Origin: a virus
Taxonomy: Duplodnaviria; Caudoviricetes
Reading direction: 5' to 3' (one strand)
IMG/VR virus record: IMGVR_UViG_3300047294_000047
Location: 1 to 40,122 of that record
Length of the DNA: 40,122 bases
The first letter of the stretch is position 1; each line of letters begins with the position of its first letter. Positions 1 to 8,340 of this stretch are shown in pieces. Under the pieces are notes generated by a model, which was not told the origin of the DNA, did no database searches, and saw only the letters and a program-made list of their open reading frames with translations. The position numbers and the translations under genes were made by a program.

Positions 1-53
1 ATGCTGCAAGACAGGAGTTAGCTTCTGTTTTGCATGGTGCTTTTGCAAGATAA
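1..53 (+). CDS. 3' end of a partial CDS, possibly an HNH/AP2-type homing endonuclease
   Basis: Frame 3 reads ...AARQELASVLHGAFAR* (TAA 51-53). The LHGxFAR ending resembles the C-terminus of phage HNH-AP2 endonucleases. Only 16 codons are visible. Confidence 0.4.
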   Translation, partial: AARQELASVLHGAFAR

Positions 54-62
54 GGAGTAGAT

Positions 63-1046
63 ATGGCTGTAACAATTTCCGGCACAACCGGCATCGCAGG
101 CGTCGATGGAAGCGCCGGGACGCCTGCTGTCCAAGGCGCGGACGCCAACACCGGGATGTTCTTTCCTGCGGCTGACACCATTGCGTTTGCTGAAGGCGGC
201 GCGGAGGTGGCGCGGTTTGATAGCTCGGGGAACTTGGGCATTGGGACGAGTTCGCCTAACTCTAAATTGAACACCTACGCCGCCGCAAACGCTCTTTCCA
301 TCCAATATGTTGCAACAAATCAGAACGCAGTTTCACCAACTGCTGCAATAGGATTCAATGTTTCTGACTCTTCTGAAACAACAGCGGCTTGTGCAAAGGG
401 TGGCATTGGATTTACCCGAAACGCTGCTTTTGGCGGCGGCTACTTGGCGTTTTACAACAACAATAGTGGCGCAGCGGGAAACTTTACGACTGCTGACGAA
501 CGCGCCCGCATCGACTCCAGCGGGAATCTGCTGGTGGGGACGACGAGTTCTTTTGGGGTTGGCGTAACCGTCTTGCCCGCTGGGCAAGTTTTTGCAAGTC
601 GCAGCGGCGACGTGTCTGGCGTGTTCGACCGACGAGACAGCGATGGTCAGGCAGTAAATTTCCGCAGACAAGGAAACACGGTGGGTTCTGTTTCCGTGAC
701 AACCACCGCGACCGCCTACAACACCTCATCCGACTACCGCCTGAAAGAAGATGTGCTGCAGATGACCGGGGCACTGGCCCGTGTCGCAGCACTTAAGCCT
801 GTCACCTACAAGTGGAAGTCTGACGGCAGTGACGGTGAGGGCTTCATCGCCCACGAACTGCAAGCTGTGGTGCCTGACTGCGTGACGGGTGAAAAAGACG
901 CCGTGGATGCTGACGGCAAGCCCGTCCATCAAGGCATCGACACCAGCTTCCTCGTCGCCACGCTGACCGCAGCCATCCAAGAGCAACAAGCCCTCATCGC
1001 CGCGCTGCAAGCAGATGTCGCCGCGCTGAAAGGCCACGTGGCTTAA
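63..1046 (+). CDS. Tail fibre protein with C-terminal intramolecular chaperone (Peptidase S74-like)
   Basis: Gly/Ser/Thr-rich with repeated 'RFDSSGNLGIGT'/'RIDSSGNLLVGT' units. The S-D-x-R-L-K autocleavage motif (SSDYRLKE) is followed by GFIAHELQ and a coiled-coil end. SD AAGGAG upstream. Confidence 0.9.
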   Translation: MAVTISGTTGIAGVDGSAGTPAVQGADANTGMFFPAADTIAFAEGGAEVARFDSSGNLGIGTSSPNSKLNTYAAANALSIQYVATNQNAVSPTAAIGFNVSDSSETTAACAKGGIGFTRNAAFGGGYLAFYNNNSGAAGNFTTADERARIDSSGNLLVGTTSSFGVGVTVLPAGQVFASRSGDVSGVFDRRDSDGQAVNFRRQGNTVGSVSVTTTATAYNTSSDYRLKEDVLQMTGALARVAALKPVTYKWKSDGSDGEGFIAHELQAVVPDCVTGEKDAVDADGKPVHQGIDTSFLVATLTAAIQEQQALIAALQADVAALKGHVA

Positions 1047-1063
1047 CAAGAAGGAGAAATAAA

Positions 1064-1567
1064 TTGTCTTCCATAAAATTGTCGCCCAACGCCTCCGGCT
1101 CGGGTGCATTCACCATCGCCGCACCGAACAGCAACACGGATCGCACGCTGACGCTGCCGGATGCGACGGGGACTGTGCAGGTTTCTGGCGCAGCTATCTC
1201 CGGCACCACGGGTTCTTTCAGTGGCGACCTATCGTTTAACTCTGGCTACGGCTCTGCTGCTGTGGCCTACGGCTGTCGTGCTTGGGTGAACTTCAACGGT
1301 ACGGGCACTGTAGCGATTCGGGCTAGTGGGAATGTGTCTAGCATAACGGATAACGGTACAGGCGATTACACGGTCAACTTTACGACAGCGATGCCGGATG
1401 CGAACTATGCGGTGGCTTGTATGGCGGGCGGAACTAGCAGTGTAGGCTGGTCACGTTTAGCTGATACGCCAGCGCCAACGACATCGGCGTACAGAATTTA
1501 TGTTGCAAATTCCGGTGGAACTGCTTTGCTTGACGCCGCATTTGTTAACGTCGCAGTCTTCCGTTGA
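1064..1567 (+). CDS. Short tail fibre-related virion protein
   Basis: TTG start after AAGGAG. 'RTLTLPDATGT' and 'CRAWVNFNGTGT..IRASGNVSSITDNGTGDYTVNF' are typical of phage fibre tips. Confidence 0.75.
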   Translation: MSSIKLSPNASGSGAFTIAAPNSNTDRTLTLPDATGTVQVSGAAISGTTGSFSGDLSFNSGYGSAAVAYGCRAWVNFNGTGTVAIRASGNVSSITDNGTGDYTVNFTTAMPDANYAVACMAGGTSSVGWSRLADTPAPTTSAYRIYVANSGGTALLDAAFVNVAVFR

Positions 1568-1577
1568 AAGGTAAACC

Positions 1578-1769
1578 ATGAACTCCCGCATCATCTACCC
1601 CACCGACGATGGCGGCGTGGCCGTCATCATTCCAGCAGCCGAGTGCGGTCTGACGATTGAAGAGATCGCAGCCAAAGATGTGCCCGCAGGCAAGCCGTAC
1701 CAGATCGTTGATGTCGCCGACATTCCAACCGATAGAACTTTTCGAGGAGCATGGTCATGGGCATCGTAA
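1578..1769 (+). CDS. Small tail fibre assembly/chaperone-like protein
   Basis: 63 aa with 'GGVAVIIP...IAAKDVP...DRTFRGAW', directly after a fibre gene. SD AAGG. Confidence 0.6.
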   Translation: MNSRIIYPTDDGGVAVIIPAAECGLTIEEIAAKDVPAGKPYQIVDVADIPTDRTFRGAWSWAS

Positions 1770-1990
1770 TCGACATAACCAAAGCCAAGGCAATAGCCCA
1801 CGATATGCGCCGTGCTGCTCGGGCGGCAGAGTTTGCGCCTTTGGACATTAAAGCGACCATCCCCAGCGAAGCTGTTGCGGCTGAAGCGGCTCGGGCATTG
1901 ATCCGGGCTAAGTACGCAGGGATTCAAACAGACCTGGATGCTGCGGTTGATGTCGTTGAGCTGAAAAGCATCGTGGAGGCCGCACTGTGA
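1757..1990 (+). CDS. Small helical tail-fibre-associated protein
   Basis: ATG 1757 has GAGGAG 7 nt upstream, so it is preferred over 1751. Sequence 'KAKAIAHDMRRAARAAEFAPLD'. Confidence 0.6.
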   Translation: MGIVIDITKAKAIAHDMRRAARAAEFAPLDIKATIPSEAVAAEAARALIRAKYAGIQTDLDAAVDVVELKSIVEAAL

Positions 1991-2085
1991 GCATCGTAAA
2001 AGCAAACACCTACCAAGACGCCACCGGCGGCAGCAACGCTGTCTTCAGTGGCGTGGCCTCGCCGCCTAATAGCATGGGTGTGTGA
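1987..2085 (+). pseudogene. Truncated 5' remnant of a tail fibre gene (32 aa)
   Basis: GTG start overlaps the previous TGA. It encodes MSIVKANTYQDATGGSNAVFSGVASPPNSMGV*, which aligns with MSTVRANNYYDASGGSAAQLYGVS of the gene at 2723. Its TGA overlaps the endonuclease ATG. Confidence 0.7.
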
Positions 2086-2720
2086 TGGACTTTGCGCCTA
2101 CCGCTCTTCTTGTCATGACGCACAACGTCACAGGCATGAAGTACTTCTGCAAGACTACCAGACTGAAAAATCTTCACTGGTACAAAGGCAGTGGCCTGTA
2201 CTGGAAACGGCACATGAAGGTTCATGGCCGAGACATCACTCGGGGCGTTCTGGGTGTGTACTTTGAGAAAGACCGTTGTGTGGCTGCGGCGCTCAAGTTC
2301 AGCGCAGAGAACAACATTGTTGCGGATGAAGGCTGGGCAAACTTCATCAAAGAGAACGGACTTACGGGCGCTGGCGCAGGAAAGCTAAACCATCGCTACG
2401 GCAAGCCCCATCCCGGCAAAGGCAAGCCAAGGCCGGAGATGGTCGGCAGGCTGGTCGGAGAGAAGAACGGCATGTACGGCAAGCCAAGCCCTATGCTTGG
2501 CAAACACAATGCTGGAGCATCCAAGGCACTAAAAGGACGCAAACGCCCAGAGGGTGGCGGGAAGCCTCCAAAGCCCGTTATTCGGCTGGATGACGGGATG
2601 GAGTTTGAGTCTGTTGCTGCGGCTGGACGGGCCTGTAACGGAACAACTAGCGGCATCACACAATGCTGCCTAGGTACGGCAAAATCTGCTCACGGATTCC
2701 GTTGGGCTTACAAGGAGTAA
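2085..2720 (+). CDS. Free-standing homing endonuclease (GIY-YIG/Seg-like N-terminus, NUMOD3- and NUMOD1-like DNA-binding modules)
   Basis: N-terminal 'THNVTGMKYFCKT...YKGSG..WKRH', then G/K/P-rich 'GEKNGMYGK' segments, then C-terminal 'KPVIRLDDGMEFESVAAAGR...ITQCC.G..KSAHGFRWAY'. TGATG coupling to the remnant. Confidence 0.8.
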   Translation: MDFAPTALLVMTHNVTGMKYFCKTTRLKNLHWYKGSGLYWKRHMKVHGRDITRGVLGVYFEKDRCVAAALKFSAENNIVADEGWANFIKENGLTGAGAGKLNHRYGKPHPGKGKPRPEMVGRLVGEKNGMYGKPSPMLGKHNAGASKALKGRKRPEGGGKPPKPVIRLDDGMEFESVAAAGRACNGTTSGITQCCLGTAKSAHGFRWAYKE

Positions 2721-2722
2721 AT

Positions 2723-3811
2723 ATGTCAACGGTGCGTGCGAACAACTACTACGATGCTTCTGGCGGGTCTGCGGCCCAACTGTATGGCGTCTCCATGCGT
2801 AATGGTGGCACCGCCTGGGTTAACCGCATCATCAACGGCGATATGCGGATCGACCAGCGGAATGCTGGGGCGGCGGTGACCGCAAACGAGGCTTTACCCG
2901 TCGATAGGTTCAGGCTTTCTTTTGGAAATACCTCGGGCGCATTTTCAGGGCAGCAAACAACGACTGCTCCATCAGGATTTGTCAATTCGCTAAAGTACAC
3001 CACAACCACGGCAGATGCTTCTTTGGGTGCTACGGAGTACGCAACACTGTATCAAATAATTGAGGGGCTGAACGTCGCTGATTTAGCGTGGGGAACAGCC
3101 TCTGCCGCGACGGTAACGCTGTCGTTTTGGTGTCGTAGCAGTCAAACTGGTACATTTGGTGGCTCATTAAGAAATTCCGCAAATAACCGTTCTTACCCGT
3201 TTAGTTACAGTATTTCTGTTGCAAATACTTGGGAACAAAAGTCTATAACAATTGCAGGGGATACTTCTGGTACGTGGCTGACAACTAACGGTGCCGGAGT
3301 TTATATAAATTGGAGTATTGGTGCAGGTTCAACTTTATCCGGGACGGCTGGCGCGTGGGCTGCTGCAAATTACATTGGTGTGACTGGCGCGGTAAACCTG
3401 ATTGCAACGCTTAACGCAGATTTCTACATCACCGGCGTCCAGCTTGAAGCTGGCACTGTGGCCTCGCCGTTTGAGCGCAGGGACTACGGGCGTGAGTTGA
3501 TGATGTGTCAGCGGTATTGTCAAGTTGCTGGCGGCGGCGCAAGTGGTCAATGGTGGAGTGCCGCATCACCAGAAATGGGTATCACATTTGCAGTCCCATT
3601 TAGGTCTGCGCCTACTTATACGATGTTTACAACAAGCGTTTCGGTTTCAGAAATTGCAACAGCAACTAGAACATCAGTAACAGCGGCGGCACAAGGTGGA
3701 ACTTTAACAATCAACGGCGGTAATGTGCGTATTGATGGGTTTACAGGAGCCACTCAGTTTCGTGGTGCATTGTGTCTTACAAACTGTTTTCTTCTTGTAG
3801 CGGAGCTTTAA
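2723..3811 (+). CDS. Tail fibre / receptor-binding virion protein
   Basis: ATG 2723 follows AAGGAG, so it is preferred over 2663. Motifs 'NRIINGDMRIDQRN', 'VTLSFW', 'ITGVQLEAGTVASPFERR...ELMMCQRY'. Confidence 0.8.
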   Translation: MSTVRANNYYDASGGSAAQLYGVSMRNGGTAWVNRIINGDMRIDQRNAGAAVTANEALPVDRFRLSFGNTSGAFSGQQTTTAPSGFVNSLKYTTTTADASLGATEYATLYQIIEGLNVADLAWGTASAATVTLSFWCRSSQTGTFGGSLRNSANNRSYPFSYSISVANTWEQKSITIAGDTSGTWLTTNGAGVYINWSIGAGSTLSGTAGAWAAANYIGVTGAVNLIATLNADFYITGVQLEAGTVASPFERRDYGRELMMCQRYCQVAGGGASGQWWSAASPEMGITFAVPFRSAPTYTMFTTSVSVSEIATATRTSVTAAAQGGTLTINGGNVRIDGFTGATQFRGALCLTNCFLLVAEL

Positions 3812-3812
3812 T

Positions 3813-3956
3813 ATGTATCAGCTTGTAAATGATTTTCAATGTATAAAGCGCATTGCCGACAACGCCTTCATTCCAATGGACCCTGACAACACAGACTACG
3901 CTGAGTACCTCGCGTGGCTGGCTGAAGGCAACACGCCCCTGCCTGCTGATGAGTAA
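3813..3956 (+). CDS. Small tail fibre assembly-like protein (47 aa, not in the ORF track)
   Basis: MYQLVNDFQCIKRIADNAFIPMDPDNTDYAEYLAWLAEGNTPLPADE*. The IPxDPxNxDYxEYLxW motif is typical of genes following phage fibres. SD GGAG. Confidence 0.75.
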   Translation: MYQLVNDFQCIKRIADNAFIPMDPDNTDYAEYLAWLAEGNTPLPADE

Positions 3957-3958
3957 AT

Positions 3959-4423
3959 ATGATCGATCCGGTTACCGCATTTGCTGCCGCGCAAGCTGCG
4001 GTGCTTGGCATTCAAAAGGCTATTAAGTTAGGCAAAGACATTAACGGCCTTGTCGGTGAGTTTGGTAAGTTCTTTGATGCGCGTGATGCAGTTCAAAAGG
4101 CTGCTAACGATGCGGGTAAATCCGGCAAATCAGATACCGGAAGGGCTATGGAAATAGTCATGCAGGCCAACCAACTGCGCGAATCTGAAGAAGAATTAAA
4201 GCATCAATTGGTCTACGGCGGCTATCCGGAACTCTGGGAGATGATGCTCAAAGAGCGGATGAAGATTAAACAAGCCCGAGAGCGGGCTGAGCGGGTTGCA
4301 GAAATTGAACGCAAAAAGGTGTCCGCCCAAAGGCTTCTGATGGCACAGTTTGTTGGTGGTGCTATTTGTATCGTTACCATTGGTATGGTTGTGATATTCA
4401 TCATTAAACAGGCAGTTTCGTGA
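3959..4423 (+). CDS. Membrane-anchored protein at the start of the lysis cassette
   Basis: Helical/coiled-coil body and one C-terminal hydrophobic helix (FVGGAICIVTIGMVVIFII). GTGA-coupled to the next gene. Confidence 0.6.
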   Translation: MIDPVTAFAAAQAAVLGIQKAIKLGKDINGLVGEFGKFFDARDAVQKAANDAGKSGKSDTGRAMEIVMQANQLRESEEELKHQLVYGGYPELWEMMLKERMKIKQARERAERVAEIERKKVSAQRLLMAQFVGGAICIVTIGMVVIFIIKQAVS

Positions 4424-5037
4424 GCGAGGAGAAGGTTAACCCTAACAGCCTGATCGAGAAAATCCTCGGTTACGTTGACTCTCCGTTTAAATTGTTTGCT
4501 ATCTTGCTGATGGCAATTTTTACGTTTGCAGGATATTTTGTCTGGCAAAACCAAGCCTTTCTGATCGGTGCTTACAAAGAGCAGAAGAAGCTACCGACTA
4601 TTGCTGAAGACCGAGTTGAAGATGTAGCTGCGCATTTGTTTAAAAACACCGACGCTACGGTTGTAGCTATATTCAAGGTCAACCCAATGTTTGGCACCCG
4701 AGTCCTGTACCGGGCCTACACCAAGCAAGGCAGGGAGAAGGAACACGAAGGGCTGGATGTCGGGCTGTTCACATCGAACCTGTCTAACAACCGGGATGTC
4801 GTAGCACTCATGGCCGGCGAGATTCCTTGCGGCGCCTATAAGACGGCGCAGTCCGAGATCGGCCTGTGGTACTTGGAAAAGGGAATGACCTACGGGTGCC
4901 GGGTAGGAGTCCCGCCGGAGCCGGGTAAGTTGGTTGGGCAAATCACGGTGGGCTGGAAAGAAGAGCCGCCAGACCCCGACGCCTATCGCGTGCTTTTGCA
5001 AATCGCAGCAACAATGTTGTCTAGGAGTAAACAATGA
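4420..5037 (+). CDS. Putative T4 gpT-like holin (single N-terminal TM + GAF-like soluble domain)
   Basis: TM at about aa 24-43. Motifs VWQNQAFLIGAYKEQK, RVEDVA, TDATVVAIFKVNP, GQITVGW and AATMLSRSK are colinear with T4 T as recalled. Lies upstream of the holin and endolysin. Confidence 0.6.
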   Translation: MSEEKVNPNSLIEKILGYVDSPFKLFAILLMAIFTFAGYFVWQNQAFLIGAYKEQKKLPTIAEDRVEDVAAHLFKNTDATVVAIFKVNPMFGTRVLYRAYTKQGREKEHEGLDVGLFTSNLSNNRDVVALMAGEIPCGAYKTAQSEIGLWYLEKGMTYGCRVGVPPEPGKLVGQITVGWKEEPPDPDAYRVLLQIAATMLSRSKQ

Positions 5038-5444
5038 TTGGACTTGACGCGCTTTTAAACGTGGGCGGTAAGCTCATTGACAAACTCATTCCTGATCCAG
5101 AGGCCAAAGCCAAAGCGCAATTTGAACTAGCAAAAATGGCTCAGGATGGCGAGTTATCAAAGATGGCTAACGAAACAGACTTGTACAAAACAGAGCAAGT
5201 CAACCTGACTGACCGCATGAAAGCGGACATGAGCAGTGATTCTTGGCTCTCCAAAAACATCAGGCCGATGACACTTATAGCCATCTTTGTTGGCTACTTT
5301 ATGTTCGCCATGATGTCAGCTTTTGGTCATAATGCAAACGAAGTCTATGTCACCCTGCTCGGCCAGTGGGGTATGTTGGTTATGAGCTTCTATTTCGGCG
5401 GACGCACCCTTGAAAAGATCATGGACATGAAGGCTAAGAAATGA
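5034..5444 (+). CDS. Holin (GTA 3TM holin-like)
   Basis: 'KLIDKLIPDPEAKAKAQ', 'SWLSKNIRP', two hydrophobic helices, 'FYFGGRTLEK'. Adjacent to the endolysin. Confidence 0.8.
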   Translation: MIGLDALLNVGGKLIDKLIPDPEAKAKAQFELAKMAQDGELSKMANETDLYKTEQVNLTDRMKADMSSDSWLSKNIRPMTLIAIFVGYFMFAMMSAFGHNANEVYVTLLGQWGMLVMSFYFGGRTLEKIMDMKAKK

Positions 5445-5905
5445 ATTTATCTCACAATTTTACTTTGCAAGAACTAATTAAAAGCCATGAGGCTGTGCGC
5501 AAAGGATTGGACAATGCCCCATCGCCGGAAATCATCAGCAACTTGCAAGAGTTGTCCAACATGGTGCTCCAGCCGGTACGGGATCACTTCGGCAAATCGG
5601 TGACTGTAAATAGCGGGTACCGCAGCCCGGAGGTCAATACTGCCGTTGGGGGGAGCAAGACCAGCGATCATTGCAAAGGACAGGCTGCGGACATTGAGAT
5701 TGTTGGCGTACCCAACGCCGAGTTGGCCGAGTGGATTCGTGATAATTTGGTCTTTACTCAGGTCATCCTTGAGTTCTATACTCAGGGTGTTCCGGACAGC
5801 GGTTGGGTGCATGTGTCTTACGATCCTGCAAATTTGAAAAAGCAATCGCTGACCGCTGTCAAACAGAACGGCAAGACGGTTTACCTACAAGGACTAGTTG
5901 CGTAA
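5441..5905 (+). CDS. Endolysin, peptidase M15A family
   Basis: SGYRS, SDHxxGxAADI and WVHVSY zinc-peptidase motifs. Confidence 0.9.
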   Translation: MNLSHNFTLQELIKSHEAVRKGLDNAPSPEIISNLQELSNMVLQPVRDHFGKSVTVNSGYRSPEVNTAVGGSKTSDHCKGQAADIEIVGVPNAELAEWIRDNLVFTQVILEFYTQGVPDSGWVHVSYDPANLKKQSLTAVKQNGKTVYLQGLVA

Positions 5906-8340
5906 TGTCTGCAATTAAGATCACCAACTTTCTCGGCACGGCTCCCAAGATAAGCCCGGAGTTGTTGCCAAACACGGCTGCGCAGATTGCAAACAACTGC
6001 AAGCTGTACTCGGGTGATCTTATCCCCTACCCACAACCTGTTGTCGTTGACAATACAGCCCGTACAGGCACGATCAAAACGCTGTTTGCGCTACGCGACC
6101 CCGCGACCAATGCAAAGAAATGGCTGTCGTGGCTCACTGACGTGGACATTGCTGTCGCCTCTAAGACAGACAAAGATGAGCAGCGGTTTTATTATTCCGG
6201 CGATGGAGCGCCCAAGGTCAGCAACTACGAACTGGCAACTGCTGGCGCGGCTCCGTATCCAGTAGAGTACTACGACCTAGGATTACCACTGCCAACTACG
6301 GTGCTTACGACATCGGCAGCGACGTTTACAACAAAGACAACAACAAACTTTTTCCGTGACGCGGGCAATATTGCAACAATCACGACCAGTGCGGCACATG
6401 GTTTAGCGTCCGGCAGATTTATTTCGTTGACGGCGTTTACCTTTTTGTCAGGCACATACAACCAAGCGGGCACGACCACAATTACTGTGACTATTACCGC
6501 TCACGGGTTGGCAAATGGTGCGTCAATCTCGCTTGACTTTTTGTCCGGCACGGCTATCGACGGGACATACACAGTCAGTAACGTGGCAGCAAATACGTTT
6601 GACGTTACAGCCGTTTCGTCGGCCACCACCAGCGGGAGTGTTAATCTTAGCCTTGTAAGTTTTAACGCGACCAACGTAGAGTGTACTGTCACAAGCGCTA
6701 CCACGTTTACGTACTTCAGCCCCGGCTTTCAGATTGGGTCATCGGGCACGCCGATTGCGTTTACGTCTGCCAAGGTTGACCTTGGTGGTTTAACTCAAGC
6801 GCGCTCTTACGTCTATACGTGGTACACACCGTGGGAAGAAGAGTCTATTGCGTCCAAGCCATCTGCCGATTTGTTTATCAAAGAGGGGCAGATCGTCACG
6901 GTAACAAACCTGCCGACAGCCAAGCCTGCGGGCGATAACTTTGTGCGCGGTGTAAAACTCTATCGCACTCTGGCAACGGCGTCCGGCACGGATTATTTTC
7001 TGCTTCGGGAACTGTGGTTTCCCACTGCCCTAGCGTCTGTGCAGCGAACCAGCAACGTGTCCCGTGTAGCTTTGGTCTTCCCGCATAATCTCGGCCTTGG
7101 TGATCGCTTTAAGATCAGTAGCTGCGCCGTGGCTTCGTTCGATATTACGGGCGGCATTGTCACCGATGTCATTGACGACTACACCTTCGAGTACGCGCAG
7201 ACGGCTGGGGATGTCGCAAACACACTGGTAGTTGCAGGCACGATGTACCATGACATCTCAGAGAATCCGCCAACCACATCTGCACGGTACTGGGGGGACA
7301 GTACGTATGATTTTATCGACGACTTTGAGTCCCGTGATTTGCTTAGCATCCTTGGTACAGATGAATTCGACGCGCCGCCTGAGGATTTGCAAGGGCTGAC
7401 TGCCATCCAGAACAACATCCTTGTAGGATTTGTTGGCAACACTTTGTACTTCTCTGAGCCGGGTGCGCCACACGCATGGCCTGAAAGGTACTCGGTTAAC
7501 CTTGAGCATAATATCGTGGGCATCGCCGCGATTAACGGCTCCGCATTGGTGACAACAGAGTCATACCCGTTTTTTGTGTCAGGGTCTGATCCTGCCAACG
7601 GCATGTCTACCCAGCGCATTGACGCTAACTTCCCGTGCCTGAGTAAAAACAGCATGGTGACAATGGGCTACGGCATTGTGTACTCTACGCATGATGGGCT
7701 GGCAGTCTACTCTAACAGCGCCGGAACAGCCATCATCACCAAGCTGCTGTATAACAACGACACGTGGACATCCGAGCTTGATCCAACAACCATCATTGCT
7801 GAGTACTATGGGGAAAACTACTTTGCAGCGCATTCAACTGGGGCGTTTATCTTTGAACAAGATGCCAAAGCAGGTGGGTTTTTCGTAGACGCTGACTACA
7901 CTTTTACAGCTTCGCACTACGATCCTATTGATGGTGTTGTGTACTACGTCAGCGGTGCAAATGGTGATATCTACCAGTGGGACGACTTAGACCAACCTGC
8001 TGTTGGGATGGAGTGGAAGTCAAAAGTTATTGTCACCAAAGACATGATTAATCTCGGCGCGGCGCGTGTTGTAGCTGACTACACCACGGTATCAACGGTG
8101 TGGGATTCGTCAATAGCGGTGTGGGAATCTGTAGCTAGTATCTGGGATGCTGCCGACAACATTACGTTCTATCTGTGGGCAGATAAAGAACTTGTATTGA
8201 CAACAACTGTCTCGGACTCTGATGTGTTCCGGTTGCCCACCGGGTATCGCACAGATAAGTTTGAAGTAGCTGTAGAAGGCGACATTCGGATTCGTGCTAT
8301 CTATCTCGGGGAAACCCCTTACGGATTGCGAGACGTGTGA
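5905..8340 (+). CDS. Tail tubular / DNA stabilisation protein
   Basis: ATG 5905 in a TAATG overlap with the endolysin. Beta-rich. Motifs 'GTAPKISPELLP', 'YVYTWYTPWEEES', 'LYFSEPGAPHAWP', 'FRLPTGY', with Thr-rich 'AHGL' insertions. Confidence 0.65.
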   Translation: MSAIKITNFLGTAPKISPELLPNTAAQIANNCKLYSGDLIPYPQPVVVDNTARTGTIKTLFALRDPATNAKKWLSWLTDVDIAVASKTDKDEQRFYYSGDGAPKVSNYELATAGAAPYPVEYYDLGLPLPTTVLTTSAATFTTKTTTNFFRDAGNIATITTSAAHGLASGRFISLTAFTFLSGTYNQAGTTTITVTITAHGLANGASISLDFLSGTAIDGTYTVSNVAANTFDVTAVSSATTSGSVNLSLVSFNATNVECTVTSATTFTYFSPGFQIGSSGTPIAFTSAKVDLGGLTQARSYVYTWYTPWEEESIASKPSADLFIKEGQIVTVTNLPTAKPAGDNFVRGVKLYRTLATASGTDYFLLRELWFPTALASVQRTSNVSRVALVFPHNLGLGDRFKISSCAVASFDITGGIVTDVIDDYTFEYAQTAGDVANTLVVAGTMYHDISENPPTTSARYWGDSTYDFIDDFESRDLLSILGTDEFDAPPEDLQGLTAIQNNILVGFVGNTLYFSEPGAPHAWPERYSVNLEHNIVGIAAINGSALVTTESYPFFVSGSDPANGMSTQRIDANFPCLSKNSMVTMGYGIVYSTHDGLAVYSNSAGTAIITKLLYNNDTWTSELDPTTIIAEYYGENYFAAHSTGAFIFEQDAKAGGFFVDADYTFTASHYDPIDGVVYYVSGANGDIYQWDDLDQPAVGMEWKSKVIVTKDMINLGAARVVADYTTVSTVWDSSIAVWESVASIWDAADNITFYLWADKELVLTTTVSDSDVFRLPTGYRTDKFEVAVEGDIRIRAIYLGETPYGLRDV

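Noticed and set aside
1736-1769. Programmed -1 frameshift fusing the 63-aa and 77-aa ORFs
   Set aside because: No XXXYYYZ slippery heptamer lies in the overlap, and the second ORF has its own SD (GAGGAG) and ATG.
2085-2720. Group I intron around the endonuclease
   Set aside because: The ORF abuts coding sequence on both sides (overlap and a 2-nt gap), leaving no room for a ribozyme core.
63-3811. Diversity-generating retroelement targeting the fibres
   Set aside because: No reverse transcriptase and no TR/VR repeat pair are visible in the window.
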